Below, piece by piece: positions 21,707-43,801 of a stretch of DNA of 64,000 nucleotides. A program made the position numbers and the translations under genes. The notes under the pieces were generated by a model. That model was not told where the DNA came from, searched no databases, and saw nothing but the letters and a program-made list of their open reading frames with translations. Position 1 is the stretch's first letter. The number at the start of each line of letters is the position of its first letter. Source of the stretch: the human T2T-CHM13v2.0 reference genome, Homo sapiens; the NCBI RefSeq assembly GCF_009914755.1, contig NC_060938.1; one strand, written 5' to 3'.

Positions 21707-22863
21707 AACACTGAGATTTTAATTTTTTTTTTTTTTGAGACGAAGTCTCACTCTGTCACCCAGTCTGGAGGGCAGTGGCACAATCTCAGCTCACTATAGC
21801 CTCCATCTCCTGGGTTCAAGTGATTCTCCTGCCTCAGCCTCCTGAGTAGTTGAGACTACAGGCATGAGCCACCACGGCTCATTAGAGACAGGGTTTCACC
21901 AAGTTGGCTAGGCTGGTCTCAAACTCCTGACCTCAGGTGATCCGCCCACGTTGGCCTCCCAAAGTGCTGAGATTACAGGCATGAACCACCAAACCCAGCC
22001 TTAATTTGTTTATTATAGCAGACTAAAACAGAGGCTGGGAGAATAACTGACTGAAGGAACTGGAAGAATAGAATGCTGTGGCCAGAGAGTGAGGATGGAA
22101 TCTATTATTCCAGTTTGAATCTATTATTCCAGTAGAGTTGCAGTTCCCAGTGACAGGGTGTGACCATAGAAGGCAGTGGCTAAAATTGAGTGGAGGCATA
22201 GCTCACTAGAGATAAGCAGATCAAAGATAATGACAGAAATTCAGGCGAAAAAGAAGACTTGTTATAAACCAAATGCCTGAGCTATCACTGAATGAGGGGG
22301 ACTGGTCTTGAGACTGGAAAGCTAAACATCAGGTCACTTTGGAAAGAAAAAAAATTAGATTGTTATAATGACTCTGAATACTAGCTGGATGTGGGAGCCC
22401 TCCTCCTAACTCCTATTGTATGGGAAGGTGAGATCACAATTGGGAGGTGAGATCTTTACTTGGAAAGATAAACTGTACTTGATCTTGGTTGTCTAATCCA
22501 GTCCCCTAGGACAAGAAAAGCAGTGGGGCTGGGCAGCCTCCATTGAATGACAGATGTGAAATTATACTGGAGCTTCTGCTGAGTGGACCAAAGATCAGTA
22601 GTGCTGGCGGGGTACTTCAACAAGGCCTGAATTAAATGCAAATGCAAAATGTTTTCCACTGGCACATTTAATGGAAAATTGCTTCTGTATTAATTGTCTC
22701 ATAAATTGCACAGAGACAAGAAATAGCATGAGAGTATTTTGCATATCCTCTATAGAAATTAAGTTTTCTGGCTAGGCATGGTGGCTCATGCCCATAATCC
22801 CAGCACTTTGGGAGGCCGAAGCAGGTGGATCATGAGGTCAGGAGTTCAAGACCAGCCTGACTA

Positions 22864-23130
<267 letters not shown>

Positions 23131-23186
23131 CTAAAAAAGGGCCTGGACATGCTTATAAACTCACTTCTTTCCTTTTTTTTTTTTAA

Positions 23187-23324
<138 letters not shown>

Positions 23325-23831
23325 TAGGTGGGGCTACAGGCGCCCGCCACCACTCCCGGCTAATTTTTGTATTTTTAGTAGAGACGGGGTTTCACCATGT
23401 TAGCCAGGATGGTTTCGATCTCCTGACCTCGTGATCCGCCCTCCTCGGCTTCCCAAAGTGCTGGGATTACAGGTGTGAGCCACTGCGCCCGGCCTAATCT
23501 TGCTTTTTCTGCTTATGTAGAACTCACTTACTTCTGCAGCTCTAAAGGCATCCTGAAGATATAAAGTTCATTTTCCAACACAGTTGCTTACGCCTGCCTT
23601 CTGAAACAGACTACAGTTTCCTTTACTGATCATGTTTTATTTATTTATTTATTTTAGAGATAGGGTCTTGTGATTGTTGGCCAGGTTTGTCTTGAACAGT
23701 TAGCCTCAAGCAATCCTCCTGCCTCAGCCTCCCAAAGTGTTAGGATTACAGGCATGAGCCACAGCGCCCTGCCCCTTTCCTCATTATAGATGGCATTGCA
23801 GTGGTGCATTTCTAATCCCAAACAGTTTATA

Positions 23832-24618
<787 letters not shown>

Positions 24619-25057
24619 TGGCATTCTCAATTCTGTGAGCTATTCCAGGATCCCTGAAGCAAATCCTCCTTTTTACTTAAGCTAATTTGGGTTGGATTTT
24701 GGTCTCCTTCAAAGCAATTTACAAGATCTCTTATTATAAAACAGTACTTCTCACTAGGACAAAAATCAGACCTTCAGAAATAAAATACATGTGCTATACC
24801 CTAAACATGTCATGACAAGATTTCTTCTGAGTGATGAATGGACAGGAAAAAGAAATTTGAAGAAGTATAACAAACTAGCATTTGACAGGTAAGAGTATGT
24901 CACTGAATTAAAATGTAGATAAGGGAGCCACATGTTCTAATTTCCCTCTGATTTCTTCTTTGTCTCACGGGTTATTTGGCAGTGTGTGATTGGATTCCAG
25001 AAAGATATTCCAAATATCTTTCTGTTGTTGACTTCTAATTTAATTTTATTGTGTTCA

Positions 25058-25258
<201 letters not shown>

Positions 25259-25380
25259 CTAGATACTCCGGAAGCTTAGGCGGGAGAATCACTTGAACCC
25301 AGGAGGCAGAGGTTGCAGTGAACCGAGATCGCACCATTTTGCTCCGGCAGCCTGGGTCACAGAGTAAGATTCCATCTCAG

Positions 25381-25414
<34 letters not shown>

Positions 25415-25557
25415 CGGGCACAGTGGCTTATGTCTGTAATCCCAGCACTTTGGGAGGCTGAGGCAGGAGGATCACCTGAGGTCAGGAGTTCAAGACCACC
25501 CTGGCCAACGTTGTGAAACCCCATCTCTACTAAAAGTACAAAAATTAGCCAGGCTTA

Positions 25558-26027
<470 letters not shown>

Positions 26028-26077
26028 TGAGCCACCCCACCTGGCTCAATTTTGTTTAAACTTTAAAAGTGTATTTA

Positions 26078-26385
26078 GATTTGAAGCCATTACTCTCAGC
26101 AAACTAACACTGAAGCAGAAAACCAAATGCCACATGTTCTTATAAGTGGGAGCTGAATGATGAGAACACATGGACACATGGGGTTGAACAACATACAATG
26201 GGGCCTGTTGGAGGGTGGAGGGTGGGAGGACAGAGAGCACCAGGATGAACAGCTAATGAATGCTGGGCTTTTTCTAGGTGGTGGAATGACCTGTGCAGCA
26301 AACCACCATGGCACAAGTTTACCTATATAACAAACTGGCACATCTTGCACAGGTACCTCTGAACTTAAAAGTTGGAAATTTAAAG
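26078..26385 (+). mobile_element. L1PA13-16-like 3' end
   Basis: gccattactctcagcaaactaacac...tgtgcagcaaaccaccatggcaca...ctgaacttaaaagt. Confidence 0.85.
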
Positions 26386-27160
26386 ACATGTATGTAGACT
26401 TGTTTTATGACCCAGAAAATAGTTGATTTTGATAAATGTTCTGTGTGCCCTTAAAAAAAGAATATGTATTCTGAGAAGAATATGTATAGAATACAGAGTG
26501 TTCTGTAAGTGTCAGTTAGGTCACATTGGTTGATAATGTTGTTCAGTCTTGTCTACTTGTTCTATTAATCATTGAAAGAGGTGTTCAAATCTGTGACTAT
26601 AATTGTGGATTTGTCTGTTTCTCATTGCAGTTCTATCAGTTTTTGCTTCATGTGTTTTGAAACTTTGCTGCTAAGTGTATAAACACTTAGAATTATGTCT
26701 TCTTGAGGAATTTGACCCCTTTTCCATTATAAAGTGAACCTCTTTATACCTGTTAATATTCTTTGCTCTGAAATCTACTTTGTCTGATATTGATGTAGCC
26801 CTTGAAGCTTTCTTTTAAATTGTGTTAGCATGGTATATATTTTACCATCCTTTTCTTTTAACCTGTCTGTATCTTCATATTTGAAATGGCTTTCTTGTGG
26901 AATCATATAGTTGGTTCTTACTTTTGTATCCAACCAATCTTATCCAACCAATTGGTATCCAGCCAATCTCTTCCTTTTAACAGGGATGTTTGAACCATTT
27001 ATATCTAATGTGACTACTGATATGGGATATGTCTGTAATTAAATAAACCATCTTGCTATTTGTTTTCTATTTGTCCCACCTGTTCTTTTTCCTTTCTCTC
27101 CCTTTTCTGCCTTCTTTGGGATCAATTCAGTATTTTTATGAGTCCATCTTAACTCCATTA

Positions 27161-27909
<749 letters not shown>

Positions 27910-28228
27910 GGGTTTATAATATGCATCTTTAACTTATCAATTTGACTTGAAGCAACAGTATACCACTTCACATCTAGTGTTAGGATCTTACAGCAGTATA
28001 TCTTCATTTCCTCCCTCCTAGCCTTTGTTGTCATACATTTTATTTCCATTCATTATAAATCTCACAGTACATAAGGCAAAAATAATAAACATTGCTTATT
28101 AAAAATTGGCTGGGTGTGGTGGCTCACGCCTGTAATCCTAGCACTTTGGGAGGCTGGGGTGGGTGGATTGCCTGAGCTCAAGAGCTCGAGACCAGTCTGA
28201 GCAACATGGTGAAACCCTGTCTTTACTA

Positions 28229-28429
<201 letters not shown>

Positions 28430-28697
28430 TTATGTTTACCCTCGTATTTACCATTTTCCATTCTCTTCATCCCTTTGTATAGATCCTGATATCCATCTGG
28501 TACAATTTTCCTTCTATCTGAAGAACTTCCTTTAAAAATTTTGGTAATACTGGCATTCTGCTTATGAATCCTTTTAGCTTTTGTATATCTTTAAAAATCT
28601 CAGCTGAGTATGATGGTTCACATCTGTAATCCCAGCACTTCGGGAGGCCAAGTTTGGAGGATCACTTGAGCCCAGGAGTTCAAGACAAGTCTGATCA

Positions 28698-28862
<165 letters not shown>

Positions 28863-28902
28863 CTACGGAGCAAGAAAGATCCTGTCTCAATAAATAAATA
28901 AG

Positions 28903-28934
<32 letters not shown>

Positions 28935-29789
28935 AAAGCAAAAGCAAAAAATATTTCCCATAGCTCACTGGTGCTCTGTCCAATTTTTTTGGTCTTTTCC
29001 TCTGTGTGTTTCATTCTGGATACTACGCCTTCAAATTCACCTCCAAATATTTTCTTCTTCAGGGCATAATTTGCAGTAATCCCATCTAGTGTATTTTTTA
29101 TCTTAAATATGGTATTTTTCCATTTCCACAAGTTTGATTTGAGTCTTTTTAATATTTTCCATGTTTCTAATTAATATTCTCATACTTTCTTCTACCATTT
29201 TGAACCTACAGAGTATATGATAGCTGTTTCAATGTCCTCGTTTAATATGATATTTCTCTCATTTGTTCAATTTATGGATTTATATTGCTTTATTTTTCTC
29301 TTCAGTATTGGTTATATTTTTCTTCTTCTTTTAATAGTTGATTGGATGTCAGACATTATAAATTTTACCTTATTGGGTGCTGGATTTTTTTTTTTTTTTT
29401 GTATTTCGATATCCCTTTAAATATTTTTTAGCTTTGTTTTTGTTTTGGTACACACCCTTCTTCAAATCTTCGGCTTTCTCTCTCTTCCTCCACCTGTCTC
29501 CCCAGGGCTCATCTCTATAAGTTCCAGATGCCTTTGTTTTTTCAAATTCTTAGTTCTGGCTCCTTAACTCAGGGAGACCTCAGGGCTTCGAGACTCTACC
29601 CTGGTTCTCTGCTCTGTGCTGCTACCTGGAAACTCTCCCCAGGCAGTAAGAGAAGACAACTGTGAGGCTCATCTCTTTTGTTTCCTTTCAGGGATCACTG
29701 TCCCACGCTACCTGTTGTCCAATGTCTGAAACTGTTGTTTCAGATTTTTTTTCAGTTTAAGTTTTTTTTTTTTTTTTTTTTTTTTTTGA

Positions 29790-30011
<222 letters not shown>

Positions 30012-30133
30012 TGATCCGCCCGCCTCGGTCTCCCAAAGTGCTGGGATTACAGGCGTGAGCCACGGTGCCCGGCCCAGTATAATTTATTGAATAATCTTTG
30101 TCTCCCTTCCTGAATTAAAATGCAGCCATATAG

Positions 30134-30390
<257 letters not shown>

Positions 30391-32731
30391 TAGCCAGGAT
30401 GGTCTTGATCTCCTGATCTCGTGATCTGCCTGCCTCGGCCTCCCAAAATGCTGGGATTACAGGTGTGATCCACCGCACCCGACCCAGTTTAAAAAATTTA
30501 AAGGCAACATGGCAAATTTTTCTTTTCTTTTTTTTTTTCTTTTGAGACGGACTCTTGCTCTTTTGCCCAGGCTGGAGTGCAGTGGCACGATCTCGGCTCC
30601 CTGCAACCTCCACTCACGGGTTCAAGTGATTCTTCCACCTCAGCCTCCCTAGTAGCTGGGATTATAGGCGCCTGCCACCATGCCTGGCTAATTTTTGTAT
30701 TTTTAGTAGAGACGGGGTTTTGCCATGTTGGCCAGGCTGGTCTCAAACTCCTGACCTCAGGTGATCGGCCCACCTCAGCCTCCTAAAGTGTTAGGATTAC
30801 AGGCGTGAGCCACTGCGCCCAGCCAAGATGGCAAATCTCATTCCCCTTGCTCCGTTATGGCAGAAAGCAGAAGTCCCAGGAGCCATATTCCAGTTACAGA
30901 TATGTTACTTTTACCCCTGAGCAAGTTAGTTAATCTCTCAGACCTTACTACCTCAAATGATTTTAAATGATATTTATACATGTGTAATACATATGTCAGC
31001 TTCATAGAGGTTCCCAAGTCCTTTGGAACTCAAATAACATTTGGTTCAAATACCCGTCCCATTTTCTCAGAGGATACTCTGGGGTTTAGTTTCCTTTTGG
31101 CGTTCTCTGGTTCTGAAATCTTGCTTCCAGCAATGCTAAAGCTCCGGTGCTCTGTGTCACCTTGTCCTCTCACTGGCACTGGAGACTGCCTCAATCTCTT
31201 CTCTGTGAAGCACCACTATCCAGAGTGTATTATTGTTGAAGGAAGAGAGCCACAGAAGGGGATGACATTCTGGGGCAGACTGACCTAATCTGGATTTTAA
31301 CATTTCTTAACTTAAAAATTCCTGGTCCATTCCCATTTATGGAGAAATCATTCTGTGTCTCTTCCATTCAGGCTGTAGCCTCTAGGCATTGTGCTGGGTC
31401 CCTCTTAGGGTCACTACAGGTCCTTATAGTGCCTTTGTGCACATTTAGAAAAAGGTACCCTAGGCCGGGCACTGAGGCTTATGCCTGTAATTCCAGCACT
31501 TTAGGAGGCTGAGGTGAAAGGATCAGCTGAGGTCAGGAGTTCGAGACCAGCCTGGGCAACATGGCGAAACCCTGTCTCTACTAAAAATGCAACTATTAGC
31601 CTGGCGTGGTGGTGGGTGCCTGTAATCCCAGCTACTTGAGGTAGGAGAATTACTTGAACCCGGGAGGTAGAGGTTGCAGTGGCTGGGTAACAGAGCAAGG
31701 CTCTGTCTCAAAAGAAAAAAGAAATGGGCACTACATTCAGGAGGCCTCACAACAGATGGCCAGATTGCAGCCCCAGTGCCTCCTCACCTGGCTGACTTAC
31801 TTGTCTCAATCCCTCAGATTCTAATTTATTTCTTATAGAGTAGTTTACTCTTTCTTTACTTGCCCCAAGCCATCAAACTTATTCCCAAAGGGTCTCATTT
31901 TTATAATTAATTTTTAAAATGTGCTCCTAAACCATAATAGTTCTAACTAGCACTGGGATCAGTTTTGATTTTTTCTTCCCCTGCTAAATGTACACCATGA
32001 TGATGGCAGTAGTGAGGAAGACAATGACAACAATCCTTAAGCCAATATGTTTAAGTTATTACATGAAGAAAGACAATGCCCTTTTCCAGGAAAATAAATG
32101 GTCTTTTCTTTGACATGTAAGAGATTTCTTGTTATACCCCTATTCACTACAGAATAGAAACTAGAGTTTCTAAAGTACTTTAAGCTCTCAAAAATAAAAA
32201 TGCTTAACTCTGCAGATGCATTTGATAAATGTATCTGTATGGCAGCAAGCCAGCAAGTTCCTGAACGACAACAGGATGTAAGCTCAGCTTTATGAAGCAT
32301 ATTTATTGTCAGAGTCATCACATTCTCTAACAGACCATGGGGAAGTAAGAGACATGGGCCGCAATTTTGACATCATATGTTTCTGCAATTTAAAAATGCA
32401 CCAACAGCATTTGGGAGAAACAAAAAAGGCAGGATGTTAAATGTTCACACCAACTATAAGTTACATACTCATTTCAGAATTTTAAAGTGAGAACAATAAA
32501 AACATATCATGGAAGCAGAGAGCGTATCTACTTTTTGTTTAGGTCCTCTACAGCACATTTCTCTATATCTTGAAGAAAAAGTCATTTTGCTAATATTGTT
32601 GCTAAATAAATGCACAGTAGTCTTTAAAATAGACTTTGAAAAGGCACCATTCCTATTAGGTTGGTATAAAGATGAAATGAAATAATACATGTAAAATGCT
32701 TAGTGTAATGCTTGAAGCATAATACTGTTGA

Positions 32732-33076
<345 letters not shown>

Positions 33077-33593
33077 TGATCCACCTGCCTTGGCCTCCCA
33101 AAGAGCTGGGATTACAGGCGTGAGCAACCACGTCCAGTTGATCGTCAACTTTATGCTAAGAATTGGGCTGGAAGCAGGTATAGGAGGAAATAGAAAAGAA
33201 TGCTGTGGCCAGGCAAAGTGGCTCACATCTGTAATCCTAACATTTTAGGAGGCTGAGACCAGAGGATTGCTTCAGCACACAAGTTTGAGACCAGCCTGGG
33301 CAACCGAATGAGAACCTTCTCTATAAAAAATTAAAACAAAAATAAATTAGCCTGGTGTGGTAGCATGCACCTGTTGTCCCAGCTACCCAGGACACTGAGG
33401 CAGGAGGATTGTTTGAGCCCGGGAGTTTGAGTCTATGATTGCACTACTGCACTCCAGCCTGGGTGGCAGACTGAGATCCCATCTCTCTAAAAAAAAAAAG
33501 CCGGGCACGGTGGCTCACGCCTTGTAATCTCAGCACTTTGGGAAGCCGAGGCGGGCAGATCATGAGGTCACGAGATCGAGACCATCCTGGCTA

Positions 33594-33854
<261 letters not shown>

Positions 33855-34284
33855 TTAATTTTATTAACTAAATGTTAAGTTTAAATATTGACAATGTCAC
33901 ACTTGAATTACTGAATATGTTTAATTTTATGAAGTATGTTATGTTGCTCTAAATATGCATATTTAGTTTAATGTGTATTGTTTTATGTAGATGACTTAGA
34001 GATAATTTTGTATTTGTCAGTAATCCTAACCACAGAATGTTATAGTTTTCAGTGGCACTAACACTTTCTTCTCTAAGAACATTAAAATAAATGAGCCAAC
34101 TGGAATAGTGCCATCACCTCTAATTATTGGGTCTTAGGAGTAAATAGATCAATTAAGAACTATGCCTTACTTCTAAAATAGCAATCTTAGAGATGTGCTA
34201 GGACGTGACAGGTCCTTGTTCCTGATGACAAGGGTGAATGGCCTTGTAGGTCTCTTTAAGGAGATTGCATGTTAGCCTAGGTTT

Positions 34285-34797
34285 TGTAATAGCCAGTCTC
34301 CAAGATGGCCCTCAGTGATCCTTGCCTGTTGGTATTCGTGCCCTTGTGTAATTTCCTCCCACACTGAATTAGGGTTGGCCCTCTGTGACCAATAGAATAC
34401 AGCAGAAGTGATGGTGGGCCTTCCAAGGCTGTCATAAAATCCACTGATGCTTCTGCTTTGGTCTCTGGGACCATTCTGGGAAAAGCCAGCTACAATCCTA
34501 TGGGGACCCTGAGTAACCCTTGTAGGAAGGCCCATATGGAGAAGAAGGAAGGTGCACAACCAACAGCCAGCACCACTTTGCCAGTCCTGTGAATTAGTCA
34601 GCTTGGAAGTGAATCCTTCAGCCCCACTCAAGCCTTGAGATGACTGCAGCCCTGGCCAAATCCGATTGCATCCTTCTCAGAGCAAGAACTTCCAGGCCAA
34701 ACTCTTCCAAATTTCCTGACCCACAGAAACCATGAGAAATAAAATGATTATTGTTTTTCTAACTCACTAAGTTTTAGAATAACATGTTATTGATACA
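34285..34797 (+). mobile_element. MLT1F-like LTR
   Basis: gccagtctccaagatggccctcagtgatcc...ttcctgacccacagaaaccatgaga. Confidence 0.75.
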
Positions 34798-34813
34798 GAA
34801 GGTATGGAAGTGA

Positions 34814-35161
<348 letters not shown>

Positions 35162-36399
35162 TAGACCTGCATTTAGAAACAACTCTGCCTGGGGCCAGGC
35201 ATGATGGCTCACGCCTGTAATCCCAGCACTTTGGGAGGATGAGGCGAGAGGATCACTTGAGGTCGGGAGTTCAAGACCAGCCTGGCCAGCATGGTGAAAC
35301 CCTGTTTCTACTGAAAACACAAAGATTAGCTGGGCGTGGTGGTTCATACCTGTAGTCCCAGCTACTCAGGAGACCGAGGCAGGAGAATTGCTTGAACCCA
35401 GGAGGCAGAGGTTGCAGTGAGCCAAGATCGAATCACTGCACGCAGCCTGAGTGACAGAGCAAGAATCCCATCTCAAAAAAAAAAAAGTATATATATATAA
35501 AATATGTATATTATATATATACACACACATATATATACTTATGTATATTTTTATGTATATATACTTTTATATATATTTTTAAGACATCAGCAACATTGAC
35601 TGGTTTTACTTATTTATTATTATATATTTTTTCATACAGAAACAAGATCTTGCTATGTTGCCCAGGCTGATCTTGATCCTGGCCTAAAGTTATCCTCCTG
35701 CCTTGGCCTCTCAGAGTGCTAGGGATTATAGGTGTGAGCCACTGTCCCAGCTCATAATCTGATTCTAAAGAGACAATTGATATCTTAAACTGAAATTTAT
35801 TTTTAACTTTTTTTAAAATTTATTTTATTTTATTTTTAAATTTATTTTATTTTATTTTATTTATAAGAGACAGGGTCTCTTAACAACAACAACAACAGCT
35901 ACTGTAACAATCTCCTAAAGTGTTTGTTTATGTGTTGAAATGTTTTCCTTTTTAACTTCACAGAAATCTTTTGGAAACTATTCTCTCTTACTTTGAAGAA
36001 ATATTTATCTGAAGTTTAGCAATTCCTTCCATTTTACACCATTTTACTTTCATTCTACCCTTAGAACCAATGTATGTCTCGAGTTTGTGATTACAGCTTT
36101 GACTAAGCATGGCTCTCTCCTTCTTTGCTTGGGCAGTGCTTTAATGGATTGCCCAGCCATCTGTATGGACCCAGGAAACTATTATACTTCCATTGGAAAG
36201 TCCCCATATGTGATCTGTGTTAAAGAGCTATAGAGCACAGGTCACAGGAAGATTCACTCCCACCCAGGATAGGATGTGTGGCATGAGTTGACACTTGGGA
36301 AAGCTCCCTCTCAGACTGTTTTCCCTCTGTTTTTCCGCAGAATCTGAGATTCCATCATCAGATGAGTTCTCATTAGCTGGCTCCAGCAGTTGCTTACTA

Positions 36400-36868
36400 A
36401 ATTGTATATAACTTTGTGCATCTTCCATTTGCCTTCCAGATTTACTTTCCACCCTTCCTCACCTTGCTCTGTAGGGCCACTGTCCTGTGTGGATCACTTC
36501 AATAGCGTTGGGTTTCAGTAGAGTTCAACCAATGAAGATCCCAGCAGAGATCAAGAAGAGAGGGCAGTGAGGGGTGTTATTATTGCCCAGCTTCTTTCCT
36601 AAGAGGTTGTCTTGGGCTGGCTAGGGTCCCTTGACTGAAGGGTCCCTTCTCTCAAGGAAGGCATCTCTCAATGGCTCTCTGAAGAATTTGCATCCTCCCA
36701 TCATCCTTCCAGGCCTAAAGGTGGTATTATAAAAGCCCTGATACTGCTGTGCCTTGTGGCTCTCCTACACACTGCATGCACGTGTAAATAGTACCTTTAT
36801 TAAACCCACTTTGAGTTATACTAATTTGGGTGTGCCATCTGTTTCCTCCTGGGACTTTGATAGAGACA
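36400..36868 (+). mobile_element. ERVL LTR33-like fragment
   Basis: 3' end ttattaaacccac...tgtgccatctgtttcctcctgggac. Confidence 0.55.
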
Positions 36869-37140
36869 CCTTCATAGAAGCAAATTATTAAGCTATTATT
36901 GGCCATAAACATCCAATTATAAATTAGTTTGTAAAACTGGTTTTCAAGGAATAACTACCTGAGGTTGGACTCAGAGGGAATGAGACATAGGACAAATAAA
37001 TCTTCACAGAGTTAAAGAGAAACAATACAATGCAACAAAGAGAGGAAGGGGGCTTGAAACTGGGAGATTTCAGTTTGAATTCCAGATCAGCAGTTTACCC
37101 CAGGGCCTCATTTTTCTCATCTCTAAAAGGAAGGTTTTAA

Positions 37141-37320
<180 letters not shown>

Positions 37321-37570
37321 TAAAATGAAGGTTTTTAAATAGAATAATGGCTTTCAATCTGTGTTCCACAAAACCCCAAGAGGTACCTCAATGTCCAACA
37401 ACCTGGGAAGTGAGAGATGTAGAGAAAGGACAGGAAGAAAAAGACAGATCCCAACTCTACTTCAACCAGGACAGCTTTGCTCTGTCTGCTTATAGAGATT
37501 TCTGAGGTGATGTATACAAGACTGGATATTCCAGCTGCCAATCTTCTAGGGAAAAGTGAGCTGTGGGACA

Positions 37571-37572
<2 letters not shown>

Positions 37573-37613
<41 letters not shown>
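37573..37613. repeat. (TG)n microsatellite, about 20 units
   Basis: Pure TG run. Confidence 0.95.
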
Positions 37614-37615
<2 letters not shown>

Positions 37616-37749
37616 ATTTTTTTAGAGATGGAGGTCTCACTGTATTGCCCAGGCTGATCCAACTCCTAGCTTCAAGCAATCCTCCTGCCTTGGCCTCCCA
37701 AGTAGCTGAGATTACAGGGGCAAGCCACTGTGCCTGGCTAATGTGCGCA

Positions 37750-38239
<490 letters not shown>

Positions 38240-38778
38240 TAATTTATTCTTCTAAAATGCTAATTACTTTAGATTTTGGGAACCAACAGACATATTGATC
38301 ACATTTCAAATGGTATCTGGCCAGGCACAGTGGCTCACACCTATATTCCCAGGATTTTGGGAGGGTGAGGTGGGAGGATAGCTTTAGCCCAGGAGATGGA
38401 GGCTGTAGTGAGCTATGATTGCGCCACTGCACACCATCCTGGGCAACAGAGCAAGTCTCTGTCTCTAAAAAGTAAATAAAATAAAATAAGATAAAATGTA
38501 TCTTAGACACACTTTAAAAATTCTATACATGCTGCAGATGTATCAGACACACTTTTTTTTTCTTTTTCTTCTTCCACAGGCTGGTGGGGTGGAATAAAAC
38601 ACACTTCTGACTAAGGAATCAAGTTGTTACTAAAGAATAGTCATTTTTCTCTCCTTGAGATAAGCCTTCAGAAGGTAACTTGATAAAGAAATCACAGGAG
38701 AGTAAGGGTTATTACTTATGATGTTATTTCAAAAATAAATGAGTTGAAACCATCGACTGCCTGGTTTTCAGAAGGTAA

Positions 38779-38792
38779 CCAGCAGAGGGCAC
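38779..38792 (+). promoter_or_regulatory. Candidate CTCF binding site
   Basis: CCAGCAGAGGGCAC matches the core CCASYAGRKGGCRS in apparently unique sequence. Confidence 0.6.
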
Positions 38793-38886
38793 TCTAGGCT
38801 TTATAGACTGCAGAAAATGCAAGCGGATCCCTCCAGAAGTTGGGGGTCAGTGCCTTAATCTTTATCTCCAGAAAGATACTTTCAGC

Positions 38887-38887
<1 letters not shown>

Positions 38888-38931
<44 letters not shown>
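38888..38931. repeat. (TTA)n microsatellite forming an Alu tail
   Basis: About 14 TTA units adjoining an antisense Alu. Confidence 0.9.
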
Positions 38932-38932
38932 G

Positions 38933-39151
<219 letters not shown>

Positions 39152-39344
39152 TGATCCACCTGCCTTGGCCTCCCAAAGTGCTGGGATTAACAGGCGTGAG
39201 CCACCCTGCCAGGCCGATGCTTTCAGCTTATTAAGAGCTCACCTGTTGGATGACTGCAGAACATTTTCTTGGTAATGTAAACCAAAGCTTCTGTATTCCC
39301 AAATAGCCACATTAATCAACATTTACAAATAATTGTAAAATAAT

Positions 39345-41903
<2,559 letters not shown>

Positions 41904-41915
41904 AAGCAATAATCC

Positions 41916-42017
41916 ATGCTCACTTCAACAGCATGTGTATTAAAAATTGCAACAATACAGAGATTAGCACTGACCCTGCCCAGGCAGACACACACATTTG
42001 TGAAATGTTCCATATTT
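41916..42017 (+). pseudogene. U6 snRNA retro-pseudogene
   Basis: atgctcacttcaacagca...atacagagattagcactgaccctg...gtgaaatgttccatattt is collinear with full-length U6, with CpG decay and a short A-rich tail. Confidence 0.88.
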
Positions 42018-43598
42018 AAAATAATAATGAGAATCCAATGTTCTTGTATCAGTGTTCCCCATTATTAAATTTGTTCTTTTAATGAGTCACCTAGTGATAC
42101 AGGTTTCCAGGAGATAATATACCCATGATTATCAGGATTTCTTTCTTTTTTTTGAGATGGAGTTTCCCTGTGTTGCCCAGGCTGGAGTACAGTGGTGTGA
42201 TCTCGGCTCACTGCAGCCTCTGCCTCCCAAATTCAAGCGATTCTCCTGCCTCAGCCTCCTGAATAGCTGGGATTACAGGTGTGCGCCACCACACCTGGCT
42301 AATTTTTGTATTTTTAGTAGAGACAGGATTTCACCATGTTGGCTAGGCTGGTCTCAAACTCCTGACCTCACGTGGTCTGCCCACCTCGGCCTCCCAAAGT
42401 GCTGGGATTACAGGCATGAGCCACTGTGCCTGGCCAGGATTTCTTTTATTATTTATTTATTTTTATTTTTGAGACAGGGCCTTGCTCTGTTACCCAGGCT
42501 GGAGTGCAGTGGCACAATAATAGCTCTGGCTAATTTTTTTTTTTAATTTTTTTGTAGAGACGGGGACGGTGGTGGTTTCCCTATGTTACCCAGGCTGGTC
42601 TTGAACTCCTGGGCTCAAGCGATCCACCTACCTCGGCTTCCCAAAGTGTGGGATTACAGGCGTGAGCCACCACATCTGGCCTACTAGGATTTCTTAATCA
42701 TCAGCACTCTTGTCTGAATCCACATTCATTGCCTGAACTCAAATGTAGTGGAGACCTATTTTCACATCAGCCTTTAATTAACCCTGCAAAACACTGACAT
42801 GCTCTGAGCAGCCTGGCAGGACAGCAAACCATGCTCTTTTTCACCTTTTACAACCAGTGTACAAAATAGGATTATCATTTCCCCACAGACATCAAGAAAT
42901 AACTAGAAGTTTACCAGGAATAAACTGTTAGGTGCCTCAGTTGCAGCAAAGTTCTTCTGGAGGTTGGAGGAAAGCTAATATTTGCTGAAGACCTAGTATT
43001 CAGGCATTTGGCAGGTGTTCAGCACACACAATCTCATTTCATGCCTCTGTGACCATGTCTACCTTATGGCTAGGGAAACTAAAGTTGCCCAAGGATACTC
43101 AGCTAGCTAGTGGCAGAGGTAGAAAGAAGCAAACCCAGATATTTTTGGCTCCACGTGCCTTTTCTTCAGAGGAGCTACCTCGACCTGCATTCAAACACTG
43201 CCACAATTATCCCTGCCACTTGCTGGGGTATGCTTCACAGTGGGGTCCATTTGCAGTGATTTCTGATTTTCCATATTTTAGAATTTTCCTGTTGCTTGCA
43301 ATATGTCTTCTGTTCTTATGAAACTGCCCAAAACCAGGGCAATGGAGGTTTTTTTTTTTTTAAGGATCTTTTTTGTAGGGGCTGGATGGTGGGGGGTGGA
43401 GGTTGGGTGAGGGCAATGAAGGGAGATTGGTTTTTTATTCTGCGTACTTCCATAATGTTTGATTATTTTATGGTTAGAATGTATTCATGCATTACTTTTT
43501 TTTTGAAAAACAGAGAAGGCACCGGGCAAGGTGGCTCACGCCTATAATCCCAGCATTTTGGAAGGCCGAGGCGGGTGGATCACAAGGTCAGGAGTTCA

Positions 43599-43801
<203 letters not shown>

